From: an uncultured beta proteobacterium
Lineage (GTDB): Bacteria > Pseudomonadota > Gammaproteobacteria > Burkholderiales > SG8-39
Reading direction: 5' to 3'
DNA: 64,000 nucleotides
NCBI GenBank assembly: GCA_963735025.1
Contig: CAVTJG010000019.1
Coordinates: 28,596-92,595, forward strand
The notes beneath the pieces are model-generated. The model was not told the origin of the DNA and ran no database searches. It saw only the letters and a program-made list of their open reading frames with translations. How positions within the stretch are numbered: position 1 is the stretch's first letter; each line of letters opens with the position of its first letter. Below are positions 11,455-20,953 of this stretch, one piece after another. The translations under genes and the position numbers were made by a program.

Positions 11455-12861
11455 CTAGTAGGCGTTTTCGCCCTTGAGGACGGTCAGGATGGTTCGCATC
11501 AGGATCTTCAGGTCCATCCAAAGGGACCAATTGTCGATGTACTCGAGGTCCAGTCTGATCCGCTGCTCGATCTTTTCGAGCGTGTCTGTTTCGCCGCGAT
11601 AGCCATTGACTTGCGCCCAGCCGGTGATGCCCGGCTTCACCTTGTGGCGCCACATGTAGCGATTGACGAGATTCCGTTGCCGCTCGTTCATGGCCACGGG
11701 GTGTGGACGGGGACCGACTATGGACATGCGGCCCTGAATTACATTGATTAGTTGCGGAAGTTCATCAAGCGACGTTTTGCGCAGGAATGCGCCGACAGCC
11801 GTGACGCGCGGATCGTTCTTGGTCGCTTGTGAAAATTTGCTTTCGTCTTCCCTCACGCTCATTGTCCGAAACTTCCAGATCATAAACTCCCGTCCATCCA
11901 GCCCATATCTACGCTGACGGAAAATCGCAGGCCCCCTCGACGTCAGTCGCACTATGAGGGCAATCACAAGCATCGGTATCGCCATCACGCACAGCAAGCC
12001 AAGCGCAATGCACACGTCAGACAGACGTTTGACCGCCGCATTCATGCCATAGAACGGCGAACCAACCAGGTTAATAACCGGTAGATCGCCGACCGCCTCC
12101 CAATGGGCGCCCAGCAGGTCGAAGCTTGAAAAGTCCGGCACAAAGTACACGGAGGCGGTGGTGTCGCTGAGTCGGTTCATCAGCTCCTTGATGCGAGTGA
12201 CCGACTTCAATGGCAGTGCGATATAAACGATATCGATCTCACCCTGTCGAACCTTTGCTGCGAGGTCCGTGAAATTTCCGCAAATGTCCGCGACCACGGT
12301 CGAAGTGCGATCGTCAGCGGCGCGCCTGTCATCGAAGAACCCGACGATGCGAAGTCCCATCCACGCCGTATGACGGATATTGTGCTCTACGCGCCGGCCG
12401 AGCTCGGTGGCACCGGCGATCGCGACAGTGCGGAAATTCCGGCCTTGGATTCGCAAGGCACGCAAGGAAATTCGAATCACCATCCTCGTCGCGGCCAAAG
12501 ACGAGAAGCCGAGTCCGAACCAGACCAGCGGCAGCTGACGCGGTCCATCTTGGGCGAGATCTAGTGTGTGAATTATGAATACAACGCCGAGCAGGGTAGT
12601 GACCCAGCATAGGAAAAGACGCGCAAGTTCCGTGCGCAATGGCGAGATACGCCATGAGCGGTATAGGCGAAGATGATTCGAGGAGATCCAGAAAATGCTA
12701 GTCGCGAGTAGTGCAAGAATCGTCTCGGTCTTTGCCCACGAAATCCCAACGATCTCGCACGTCACCCACAGAGACGCCGACACCCAGGTCAGGTCGAGAA
12801 CTCGGCTGAACTCGACGAGCGCCGGCGCGTAGGGTTTGATGAGTCCATCCTCGGCAAACAC
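11455..12861 (-). CDS. wcaJ: Undecaprenyl-phosphate glucose phosphotransferase
   Basis: N-terminal TM helices; 'KFRTM', 'LRKTSLDELPQL', 'VGPRPH', 'VKPGITGWAQVNG.RG'. Confidence 0.92.
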   Translation of the reverse strand: MFAEDGLIKPYAPALVEFSRVLDLTWVSASLWVTCEIVGISWAKTETILALLATSIFWISSNHLRLYRSWRISPLRTELARLFLCWVTTLLGVVFIIHTLDLAQDGPRQLPLVWFGLGFSSLAATRMVIRISLRALRIQGRNFRTVAIAGATELGRRVEHNIRHTAWMGLRIVGFFDDRRAADDRTSTVVADICGNFTDLAAKVRQGEIDIVYIALPLKSVTRIKELMNRLSDTTASVYFVPDFSSFDLLGAHWEAVGDLPVINLVGSPFYGMNAAVKRLSDVCIALGLLCVMAIPMLVIALIVRLTSRGPAIFRQRRYGLDGREFMIWKFRTMSVREDESKFSQATKNDPRVTAVGAFLRKTSLDELPQLINVIQGRMSIVGPRPHPVAMNERQRNLVNRYMWRHKVKPGITGWAQVNGYRGETDTLEKIEQRIRLDLEYIDNWSLWMDLKILMRTILTVLKGENAY

Positions 12862-13389
12862 GTTTACCTCGGGCGATTTGCTACAAAAAAGTGCCGCTCA
12901 GCTTGATGGCCGACCCGGCGTTCGATTCGGAGCAGGAGGCGCGCCGAGCGTACGTATCGGCGATCATTCACGACACCCCTTTGGGCACGAAATGGCTTTG
13001 CCTTCTCCGTACAAAGTCTGCAGACATTCGACCATGGCGCGGTCGTATATCTTAGCTGTTGCTACCATTCGGGCTCGTTTTGCGAAGCTGGAGAACGGTA
13101 ATATTGGGCACTAGCGGGGGTCGATTTCTATCCGATTTCTAGACGATTTCGGATCGACGGCTGGCCTATTTCAGGGCCGACGTCTTAGCTCTGGTTGGCC
13201 AAAGCACCCGGGGGCGGGCGACAGAGCAAACCGTGTTGTGGTCGCTTTGCGATCGCGGCCAAACCTCGTTCCGCTGTACGACTCTCGCTTTTAATCGCCC
13301 GCCTTACATTGCGCGGCCATATGGGCAGTGACGGCTTCGATCTGCTGGAGCATCTTCAAGCCGCTCTGGCGGTGAAAAAGAGGCCTGCC

Positions 13390-13745
13390 GTGCATCACGC
13401 ACCTGGACCAGTTGCCGTTGATCGAGTGATGGAAATGGTGATGCTGAGATCGCACGTATTGCGGCGGGCTGGGGATCACGCCGAACAGAAATCCGAACGC
13501 GGACAGCGCGAAACAGGCCGCCGAGTCCTCACTTATGCATCAGCACGAAGTGACCGCAGGAGAAAAAGGCTCGTCACGAGCGTCACCGCGGCAGCTAGCC
13601 AGTAGTTCAACTCGGCACTCCGCGCGACGACAATCCACAGAACCGCCACCGGCAGCAGGGTCGTAAGAACCTGAATCGATCCCTTAAGGTTGTCCGGCGT
13701 GACATGGCCCTGGATGAACGCCCGCTTGACGCTCCTTATCGCAGC
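13390..13745 (-). pseudogene. Degraded fatty acid desaturase fragment
   Basis: Pieces in different frames: 'QVLTTLLPVAVLW...SLFLLR', 'FVLMHK*GLGGLFR' (decayed first His box), 'FGFLFGVIPSPPQYVRSQHHHFHHSINGNW' (second His box); frameshifts, stop and truncation. Confidence 0.75.
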
Positions 13746-13866
13746 AACTGTAGGCAATGCGCTGGGGCCTCCACGTCGCAAACCTGGAAAATTTCCGGGA
13801 AATCAAGTCGCATGCTGTCGCCCTGGGTTGGCCGGCTCGCACGGGCGCGTGCCGTCGGATTTCAAT

Positions 13867-13940
13867 TGGAGGCGGGGGTCGGAATCGAACCGGCGTCCAC
13901 GGCTTTGCAGGCCGCTGCATGACCACTCTGCCACCCCGCC
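13867..13940 (-). tRNA. tRNA-Cys (GCA)
   Basis: Reverse complement GGCGGGGTGGCAGAGTGGTCATGCAGCGGCCTGCAAAGCCGT...GGTTCGATTCC...CTCCA, 74 nt with CCA. Confidence 0.97.
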
Positions 13941-14000
13941 GCGAGGCGCCCTGCCACGGATCCGAAGTTTCCGCACCGACGGACAGGGCCCTGGAAAGCG

Positions 14001-14028
14001 AAAAAGGGAAAGCGCGCTGCGCTTTCCC
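14001..14028 (-). terminator. Intrinsic terminator-like hairpin between tRNA-Gly and tRNA-Cys
   Basis: 10-bp stem GGGAAAGCGC/GCGCTTTCCC followed by T5 on minus strand. Confidence 0.6.
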
Positions 14029-14078
14029 CTTCGGAGGCCCCGCGCGCATTACTCCGCGCAAGGCTTCCCGTACGAATC

Positions 14079-14154
14079 TGGAGCGGGAAACGAGTCTCGA
14101 ACTCGCGACCTCAACCTTGGCAAGGTTGCGCTCTACCAACTGAGCTATTCCCGC
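14079..14154 (-). tRNA. tRNA-Gly (GCC)
   Basis: GCGGGAATAGCTCAGTTGGTAGAGCGCAACCTTGCCAAGGTTG...GTTCGAG...CTCCA, 76 nt. Confidence 0.97.
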
Positions 14155-14168
14155 GCTGCGGTCGAGAG

Positions 14169-14199
14169 ATTATACCTGCCGTGGCGCGCGGCGTGTCAA
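14169..14199 (-). promoter_or_regulatory. Sigma70 promoter for tRNA-Gly/Cys
   Basis: Perfect TTGACA and TATAAT, 19-nt spacer. Confidence 0.65.
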
Positions 14200-14238
14200 C
14201 GCGGCCGCGGCCCCGTCTAATGTCCCATCAACGGACCG

Positions 14239-14811
14239 TTAGTGATCCCGAAACGCTCGCGGACTCGCCAGCTTGAGGTAATAGAACATCGACGCGAGGG
14301 TCAGGACGGCCGCCAGATAGATCAGCCAGCTCCCGACCTGGAACGGCCGGAACCAGGCTCCGATCGGCTCGAAGTAAAGTAGCATCGGGATTGCGACCAT
14401 CTGCGACACGGTCTTGATCTTCCCAAGGAAGTTCACCGCCACGCTCCTCGCCTCGCCCAGCTTTGCCATCCACTCGCGCAGCGCCGAGATCGCGATCTCA
14501 CGACCCACGATCACGGCGGCGACCAGGGCACTCACCCGATCGAGCTCCACCAGCATCATGAGCGCTGCCGCGACCATGAGTTTGTCCGCCACGGGATCCA
14601 GGAACGCACCAAACGCCGACTGCTGGTTCAGGCGCCGCGCCAGGTAGCCGTCGAGCCAGTCCGTGAGCGCCGCCGCGACGAACAGAATCGTGGCCGCCAG
14701 GTTGCGCTCCGGCATGGTCATCCAGTGCCCAGGGACGTAGTAGATGGCCATCAGCAGCGGGATCGCGATGATCCGCAGCCAGGTCAGGAAGTTCGGGACA
14801 TTCATGCGCAT
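14239..14811 (-). CDS. pgsA: CDP-diacylglycerol--glycerol-3-phosphate 3-phosphatidyltransferase
   Basis: 'TDWLDGYLAR...GAFLDPVADK'; uvrC-pgsA-tRNA-Gly-Cys synteny. Confidence 0.95.
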   Translation of the reverse strand: MRMNVPNFLTWLRIIAIPLLMAIYYVPGHWMTMPERNLAATILFVAAALTDWLDGYLARRLNQQSAFGAFLDPVADKLMVAAALMMLVELDRVSALVAAVIVGREIAISALREWMAKLGEARSVAVNFLGKIKTVSQMVAIPMLLYFEPIGAWFRPFQVGSWLIYLAAVLTLASMFYYLKLASPRAFRDH

Positions 14812-14834
14812 GCAGCAATTCTCGCCGGAAAACG

Positions 14835-16655
14835 TCAATGCAGGTCGCGATAGATGCGCTCGGCGAGGATCCGGCTGATGCCCTCCACCTGCGCGAGGTC
14901 CTCGATGCTCGCGGATGTGACGCCCCGCAGCCCGCCAAAACGCTCCAGCAGCTGCCGCCGTCGCTTTGCGCCCACACCGGGGATGCCCTCGAGCGTCGAC
15001 GTCACGCGCGCCTTGCCACGTCGGGCACGGTGGCCGGTGATCGCGAATCGATGCGCTTCGTCGCGAATCTGCTGAATGAGGTGCAGTCCCGGATGGTCGC
15101 TTGGCAGGCGCATCGTGCGCTCGCTGGCCGCGAGCACGAGCTCTTCCCTACCCGGCCGGCGCTCGGGACCCTTGGCCACGCCGATCAGGTAGACGTCCGA
15201 AAGCCCGAGCTCGGCGAGCACTTCCTTCGCGACACCGACCTGCCCCTTGCCGCCATCGATCAGCACGAGATCCGGAACGACGCCCTCCCCGCGCGTCACT
15301 CTTTCATAGCGTCGTTGCAGCGCGGAGCGCAGCGCGCCGTAATCGTCCCCTGGGGTGACGCCGGTGATGTTGTACCGTCGGTACTCCCCGTTTCGCATGC
15401 GCAGTTGATCGTAGATTACGCACGCCGCGACCGGCGCCTCGCCCATAGTGTGGCTCACGTCGAAGCATTCGATACGCTGCACCGCTGGCGAAAGCGCAAG
15501 CGCCTCGCGCATTGAGGCAAGCCGTGATTCCTGCGTGCCCCGCTCGCGAGTACGCTGTGCAAGCGCGAGCTCGGCGTTGCGCGCCGCCATTTCCAGCCAC
15601 GCGCGACGCTCGGTCTGCGGGCGCGTGACGATCTGCACCGGGCGCCCGGCATGCTGTGTCAGCAACGCAGCAAGCTCGTCGACGCCCGCGCCTGCTTCGA
15701 TCACGATCACCGACGGAGCAGGCGCTTGCAGATAGTGCTGTGCGAGAAATGCGCCCACCACGTCATCGGGACTATGCGCCTCCGCATGCTCCGGGAAGAA
15801 GCTCCGGTCTCCCAGGTACCGGCCATTTCTCACCATCACGAGGTTTACGCACGCGACATCGCTCTCCATCACGCAGGCGACAGCGTCGACGTCAGCTGCC
15901 TTGGCCGTGTCGACATACTGCGTCTGCTGAACGCCCGAGAGCGATTTGATCTGGTCGCGGTGTATCGCGGCCCGTTCGTACTCGCGCCGCTCCGAGGCTT
16001 CCTGCATGCGGTTTGCCAGCCCGGTGAGGACGTCGTCTTCGCGTCCTTCCATGAAGAGTGCGGCGTTTTTCACGTCCGCACTGTACTCGCCCGGGCCGAT
16101 CAAGCCCACGCACGGCGCCGAGCAGCGCCGAATCTGGTGCAGAAGGCAGGGGCGCGATCGATTCTGGAACACCGATTCCTCGCAGGTTCGCAGGCGAAAG
16201 ACCTTCTGCAGCAGCTGGATGCTCTCCCTGACCGCGGAGGCGCTGGGAAACGGTCCGTAGTAGGTGTTGTCGGGATCGAGCGCGCCGCGATGAAATCCCA
16301 GGCGCGGGTACTGGCCGCCGCCGATCATCAGATACGGATAGGACTTGTCGTCACGGAAGAGGATGTTGTAGCGCGGCGCGAGCGATTTGATCAGATTGTT
16401 CTCGAGCAGGAGGGCCTCCCCTTCCGAACTCGTCACCGTCACCTCCACGCCGGCCACTTGCGAAAGCATGATCTGGGTGCGCGGACCGTGATCCGATTTC
16501 TGGAAGTAGGATGCGACCCGCTTTCTGAGATCGCGCGCCTTGCCGACGTACAGGACGTTGTGCCCCGCGTCGAGCATGCGGTACACGCCCGGCTGATGAG
16601 GCAGCTCCGCGATCAGAGTCGCGCTGTCGAACACGCCAGTCTCTGAAGATGACAT
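14835..16655 (-). CDS. uvrC: Excinuclease ABC subunit C
   Basis: GIY-YIG 'PGVYRM..YVGKA', 'IECFDVSH', 'LIDGGKGQ', HhH 'GVGAKRR'. Confidence 0.96.
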   Translation of the reverse strand: MSSSETGVFDSATLIAELPHQPGVYRMLDAGHNVLYVGKARDLRKRVASYFQKSDHGPRTQIMLSQVAGVEVTVTSSEGEALLLENNLIKSLAPRYNILFRDDKSYPYLMIGGGQYPRLGFHRGALDPDNTYYGPFPSASAVRESIQLLQKVFRLRTCEESVFQNRSRPCLLHQIRRCSAPCVGLIGPGEYSADVKNAALFMEGREDDVLTGLANRMQEASERREYERAAIHRDQIKSLSGVQQTQYVDTAKAADVDAVACVMESDVACVNLVMVRNGRYLGDRSFFPEHAEAHSPDDVVGAFLAQHYLQAPAPSVIVIEAGAGVDELAALLTQHAGRPVQIVTRPQTERRAWLEMAARNAELALAQRTRERGTQESRLASMREALALSPAVQRIECFDVSHTMGEAPVAACVIYDQLRMRNGEYRRYNITGVTPGDDYGALRSALQRRYERVTRGEGVVPDLVLIDGGKGQVGVAKEVLAELGLSDVYLIGVAKGPERRPGREELVLAASERTMRLPSDHPGLHLIQQIRDEAHRFAITGHRARRGKARVTSTLEGIPGVGAKRRRQLLERFGGLRGVTSASIEDLAQVEGISRILAERIYRDLH

Positions 16656-16680
16656 ACGCAGCTGCGATATGCGGATCGCG

Positions 16681-17388
16681 CTAATCGCGGCGCGCCGCAG
16701 TGCCGAGAAAATCCGCAATGTCGCGCATGACCGCCCCGAACATGGCTTCGGTCAGGCGCTTCGTCTGCGTATTGTATCGGCTGCAGTGGTAGCTATCGAA
16801 CAGGCGCAGACCGCCCGGAAGGTCGTGGATCGCGTGATGGGAGAACGCATACGCACCGACCTTGAGCGCACGCGCCCGGAGCACCGCAGCATGCGCGATT
16901 CGCCCGAGCGCCAGGACTGCCCGCGGCGGGCGAAGCGCCATCTCGGCCGCAAGAAAGCGATTGCAGCTCGCGATCTCGGCGGGCATCGGCTTGTTCTGGG
17001 GTGGGAGACATTTCACCGCATTGGTGACCCGGCAACCGATCAGCAGGAGACCATCGTCCGGTTCGCTGGAGCCCGCATGGCTCGCGAAGCCGAAACGATG
17101 CAACGTCCGATATAGGAGGATGCCCGCATGGTCGCCGGTGAACGGCCGGCCCGTGCGGTTCGCGCCATGCATGCCTGGTGCAAGACCGACGACCAGCAAC
17201 TTCGCGTCCGCATCGCCGAACGGCGGCACGGGGCGCGCGTGGTAGGCAGGGCGCGCGTGCCGGATGCCTTCCAGAAATGTGGCGAGCCGCGCGCAGTCGC
17301 GGCAGCCCAGGTCGAACGCCTCCCGGGGCCATGCCTCGCGGGGCCCGTTTCCGGTAAAATTCAGCGCTTTGACTTCCGGCACAGGCAA
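16681..17388 (-). CDS. Uracil-DNA glycosylase family 5 (UdgB-like, Fe-S); start possibly ATG 17332 with 1-nt indel
   Basis: CxxC, 'GLAPGMHGANRTGRPFTGD', 'NAVKCLPP.NKP', 'SYHCSRYNT'. Confidence 0.88.
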   Translation of the reverse strand: MPVPEVKALNFTGNGPREAWPREAFDLGCRDCARLATFLEGIRHARPAYHARPVPPFGDADAKLLVVGLAPGMHGANRTGRPFTGDHAGILLYRTLHRFGFASHAGSSEPDDGLLLIGCRVTNAVKCLPPQNKPMPAEIASCNRFLAAEMALRPPRAVLALGRIAHAAVLRARALKVGAYAFSHHAIHDLPGGLRLFDSYHCSRYNTQTKRLTEAMFGAVMRDIADFLGTAARRD

Positions 17389-17396
17389 GTCCGCTC

Positions 17397-17963
17397 ATGG
17401 CAAAAGTACTGGCAACCGAGATTCGCGTAGGCAACCTGCTCGAGTGGGACAAGCGGGTATGGCGCGTGCTGAAATCCTATCACGTGCATGTCGGCGGTCG
17501 CGGCGGCGCGTTCATGCAGGTCGAGATGAAAGACATCGAGGCCGGCACCAAGACGAACGTCCGGTATCGGACCGACGAGAAGGTCGAGCGCGCCTACGTC
17601 GAGCCGCGGGAGATGCAGTACCTATACCAGGACGCCGACGCGTTCGTATTCATGGACAAGGAGACCTACGAGCAGCTCAACATCGGGGCGGAGCTGCTGG
17701 AGGGCCAGACGGGATTCCTGCTTCCCAACACCGACGTTCAGGTCAATTTCCACAACGAGCGTCCGATCGGCGTCCAGTTGCCGCCGAGCGTCGTGCTGAC
17801 CGTTGTCGAGACGGATCCGAACATCAGGAATTCGACGGCCACCACGTCCTTCAAGCCGGCCAGGCTGGAAACCGGTATTACGGTACAGGTGCCGCCCTTC
17901 ATCGAGACCGGCGAGAAAATCAAGGTCAATACCGACGAGGGCGTCTACATGGAGCGGGCTTAG
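17397..17963 (+). CDS. efp: Elongation factor P (atypical loop HVHVGGRGG)
   Basis: 'YLY.D...FMD.ETYEQL', 'KPARLETG..VQVPPFI..GE.IKVNT..G.Y.ERA'. Confidence 0.93.
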   Translation: MAKVLATEIRVGNLLEWDKRVWRVLKSYHVHVGGRGGAFMQVEMKDIEAGTKTNVRYRTDEKVERAYVEPREMQYLYQDADAFVFMDKETYEQLNIGAELLEGQTGFLLPNTDVQVNFHNERPIGVQLPPSVVLTVVETDPNIRNSTATTSFKPARLETGITVQVPPFIETGEKIKVNTDEGVYMERA

Positions 17964-17987
17964 GACGGCCGCGCGCTTATGGAGACC

Positions 17988-18014
17988 GTCATTCCCGCGA
18001 AAGCGGGAATCCAG
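17988..18014 (+). repeat. REP/dRS3-like palindromic repeat
   Basis: GTCATTCCCGCGAAAGCGGGAATCCAG between convergent efp and nagZ. Confidence 0.75.
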
Positions 18015-18036
18015 ACTGACCTGATCTGGCGCCCCC

Positions 18037-19065
18037 TCAGGCAAGCAGTCCCGAATCATTTGCGCTCGCAAGGGCCTGTATCGCCGTCGCATAACCGGCT
18101 TGCGCGTCCTTCGTCGGCGCACCCTGAAACCGCGCGATCCTTTCAGCCGCCACCGGCGCCGCGTTCAAGCCGGCGAGCAGTGCACTGGCGGCAGACCGGT
18201 TTCCGCACACCAGAACCATATCGCAGCCCGCGCCAAGCGCCGCCCTGCCACGCGCGACGATGTCGCCCGCGACGGTTGCGCCTTCCATTGACAGATCGTC
18301 GCTGAACACGAGCCCTTCGAAGCCGAGCTTTCCGCGCAGGATTCGACCGAGCCAGGCCTCGGAAAAGCCGGCCGCGCGCGCGTCGACCTTGGGGTAGATG
18401 ACGTGGGCCGGCATCACTCCCGCAAGTCCCGCAGCGATCAAAGCTGCGTAGGGAATCAGGTCGTTCGCCTCGATCTCCGCGAGGGGACGCTCGTCCACCG
18501 GCACCGCGACGTGTGAATCCGCGCGCACGTATCCGTGCCCCGGAAAATGTTTCGCGACCGCCCCCATTCCGAGCCGCCCCATGCCGCGCACCAGACTCGC
18601 GGCGAGGCGGGCGACGCCTTGCGGTGTATGGTGCAGGGCCCGGTCGCCGATGACGTTGCTCGAGCCGAAGTCGATATCGACCACCGGCGCGAAGCTCATG
18701 TCGACACCGTGATCACGCAGTTCCGATGCAAGGACAATACCGATCGCTCCGGCAAGATTTTCGGCGAGCCCTGCATCCCGATCGTATACGTCGCCGAGCG
18801 CACGCATCGGCGGAAGTCGGGTGAATCCTTCCTGAAAGCGCTGCACTCGCCCGCCTTCCTGATCGACGGCGATCAGCAGCGCGGGCGTTCGGAGGGCGTG
18901 TATGTCCGCCGTGAGCTGATCGAGCTGGGCGACTGACGAGAAGTTCTGCTTGAAAAGGATCACCCCGCCAACGGCCGGATGGGCGAGTACCTCGCGATCC
19001 GACGCGTCCAGGGTCAGTCCCGCAACGTCCAGCATCACCGGACCAAGCGGCATCTCAAGCGGCAT
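18037..19065 (-). CDS. nagZ: Beta-N-acetylhexosaminidase (GH3)
   Basis: 'VDQEGGRVQR', 'KHFPGHG...DSH', 'SDDLSM'. Confidence 0.95.
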   Translation of the reverse strand: MPLEMPLGPVMLDVAGLTLDASDREVLAHPAVGGVILFKQNFSSVAQLDQLTADIHALRTPALLIAVDQEGGRVQRFQEGFTRLPPMRALGDVYDRDAGLAENLAGAIGIVLASELRDHGVDMSFAPVVDIDFGSSNVIGDRALHHTPQGVARLAASLVRGMGRLGMGAVAKHFPGHGYVRADSHVAVPVDERPLAEIEANDLIPYAALIAAGLAGVMPAHVIYPKVDARAAGFSEAWLGRILRGKLGFEGLVFSDDLSMEGATVAGDIVARGRAALGAGCDMVLVCGNRSAASALLAGLNAAPVAAERIARFQGAPTKDAQAGYATAIQALASANDSGLLA

Positions 19066-19447
19066 CCAGTTCCCCTTCCAGAATGACGAACGCCGCGGCA
19101 ACTGCCCGCTCGTCGGTCAGGCTGACGTGCGCCTCATATATTCTTCGCGTTACGAGGAGATCGGCGAGCGCGTCGGAGAAACGCAGGCACGGCTTGCCGG
19201 AAGGCAGGTTTGCGACGCTGACATTCTGCCAGTTCACCGGGAAGTGGATCCCGGTCCCCATCGCCTTGGAGAAGGCTTCCTTCGCCGCGAACCGCTTGGC
19301 GAGGTAGGCCGCCGGCTTGCGATGCGCGGAGAATCGTTCCAGCTCGTGCGGCACCAGGATCTTGCGCGCAAAGCGCTCTCCGTGGCGTGCAAGCGCCTGT
19401 TCGATACGCGGAATCTCGACCAGATCCGTGCCGATGCCGATGATCAC
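19055..19447 (-). CDS. acpS: Holo-ACP synthase
   Basis: 'IGIGTDLV', 'FAAKEAFSKA.GTG', 'SGKP', 'VSLTDE'; GTG overlaps pdxJ stop. Confidence 0.95.
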   Translation of the reverse strand: MIIGIGTDLVEIPRIEQALARHGERFARKILVPHELERFSAHRKPAAYLAKRFAAKEAFSKAMGTGIHFPVNWQNVSVANLPSGKPCLRFSDALADLLVTRRIYEAHVSLTDERAVAAAFVILEGELDAA

Positions 19448-20214
19448 CGGTAATCTTCCCGCTCGGGCCGCCCCGCCGATTGCGTGATGAGCGTCTTCAT
19501 CTCGCGCACTGCTTCGCGCATTCCGACGAACACCGCGCGACTCACGATGGCGTGACCGATGTGGAGCTCCCGAACTCCCGGAAGCCTCGCCACCGGATCG
19601 ACGTTGAAGTAGTTGAGTGCGTGGCCTGCGTTGAATCGCATGCCGTGGGCGCGAATCGCCTTGCCGGCTTCGGCGAGCTTCGCGAGCTCCGTGACAACCG
19701 GCGGGCTCTCCGCATCGCGCCCCCGCGAATGGAACACGTGGGCGTAGGGACCGGTATGGACTTCGCAGACGGATGCGCCGGCCCGCTGCGCGGCCTCGAC
19801 CTGACGCAGGTCGGCGTCGATGAACACGCTCACGACGATTCCGGCGTCGCCCAGCCGCCGCACGGCGGTGGCGATCTTCGCTTCCTGGGCCACGATGTTC
19901 AGGCCACCTTCGGTCGTGATCTCGTGGCGTCCTTCCGGAACGAGCATCGCCATTTCCGGGCGCAGACGGCACGCAATGTCGACCATTTCGTCGATCGCCG
20001 CCATCTCGAGGTTGAGCTTGATGTGCGTGAGCTCGCGCAACCGCCGCACGTCCTCGTCCTGGATGTGCCGCCGGTCCTCGCGCAGGTGCACGGTGATCCC
20101 GTCCGCGCCTCCAAGGTGCGCCTCGACGGCGGCCCACACCGGATCCGGCTCATAGGTGCGTCGTGCCTGCCGCACCGTCGCGACGTGATCGATATTCACG
20201 CCGAGCTCGATCAT
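19444..20214 (-). CDS. pdxJ: Pyridoxine 5'-phosphate synthase
   Basis: 'LGVNIDHVAT', 'HLREDRRHI', 'TTEGGL', 'NAGH.L'. Confidence 0.96.
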   Translation of the reverse strand: MIELGVNIDHVATVRQARRTYEPDPVWAAVEAHLGGADGITVHLREDRRHIQDEDVRRLRELTHIKLNLEMAAIDEMVDIACRLRPEMAMLVPEGRHEITTEGGLNIVAQEAKIATAVRRLGDAGIVVSVFIDADLRQVEAAQRAGASVCEVHTGPYAHVFHSRGRDAESPPVVTELAKLAEAGKAIRAHGMRFNAGHALNYFNVDPVARLPGVRELHIGHAIVSRAVFVGMREAVREMKTLITQSAGRPEREDYR

Positions 20215-20218
20215 GGCA

Positions 20219-20953
20219 TCACAGCTCCTGCAATGCTTCGAACACGCGCCGGCTATGCAGCGGGCGCTGATCGAGTCGGTGATTGATGATCAGGCGCATC
20301 AGAATCTTGCCTTGTTGAAGGGTCTGCGGATCCCGATAATCCTCGCGTGCGATATCGAGCAGAGCCCGTCCGCTGAACAATGGTCCTTCCGCGACTTCCG
20401 GTGCCCCGTCCGGCTTGATGGGCACCGGGCCCCGCTCTGGCTCGTAGCGGTAGGTTCCCCCGGGCTCCACGCTGGCGCCCGAAATCGGCTCGCGATCGAG
20501 CGTCAGAGCGTAGCCCAGTTCCTTGAGCAGCCGCTTCTCGAAGTTGCGCAGCGCCGGCGCTGGTGGCGCACCTCTTGCCAATCCGTCGAGGGCATCCGCG
20601 TAGGCGTCGAACAGCGCATCGTGCGCGTCCTCGCGCGGCAGGAGACGCAGCAGAAGCTCGTTGAGGTAAAAGCCGCAGAAGAGCGCCTCCCCCCCGAGGA
20701 GGGGTTGCCCGCCGCGCCACTCGGCCTTCATCAGCGTGCGCACCTCGCCCTTGCCCGACCAGCCGACGAGGAGCGGTTGAAACGCAAGCAGTGCGCCGCG
20801 CAGTACCGATCGCGGCCGCCGTGCGCCCTTTGCAAGTAGCGCGACACGACCGTATCGGCGGCTGATGATTTCGACGAGCAGGCTCGTCTCCCGGAACGGA
20901 TAGCTGTGCAGAACGAACGCCTGCTCGCCTTCGACGCGCTGCCGTTCACGCAT
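20219..20953 (-). CDS. recO: DNA repair protein RecO
   Basis: '[15 protein letters not shown]', 'GFYLNELL'; rnc-era-recO-pdxJ order. Confidence 0.94.
   Translation of the reverse strand: MRERQRVEGEQAFVLHSYPFRETSLLVEIISRRYGRVALLAKGARRPRSVLRGALLAFQPLLVGWSGKGEVRTLMKAEWRGGQPLLGGEALFCGFYLNELLLRLLPREDAHDALFDAYADALDGLARGAPPAPALRNFEKRLLKELGYALTLDREPISGASVEPGGTYRYEPERGPVPIKPDGAPEVAEGPLFSGRALLDIAREDYRDPQTLQQGKILMRLIINHRLDQRPLHSRRVFEALQEL

Noticed and set aside
12982..12998. Sigma54-like TGGGCACGAAATGGC upstream of wcaJ
   Set aside because: On the wrong strand for wcaJ, lacks TTGC, and has no credible downstream plus-strand gene.
13684..14220. ORFs spanning the tRNA genes
   Set aside because: Spurious translations of tRNA-Gly and tRNA-Cys sequence.
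19055..20137. 360-aa ORF suggesting an AcpS fusion
   Set aside because: Upstream part is an alternate frame over pdxJ; real acpS starts at GTG 19447.
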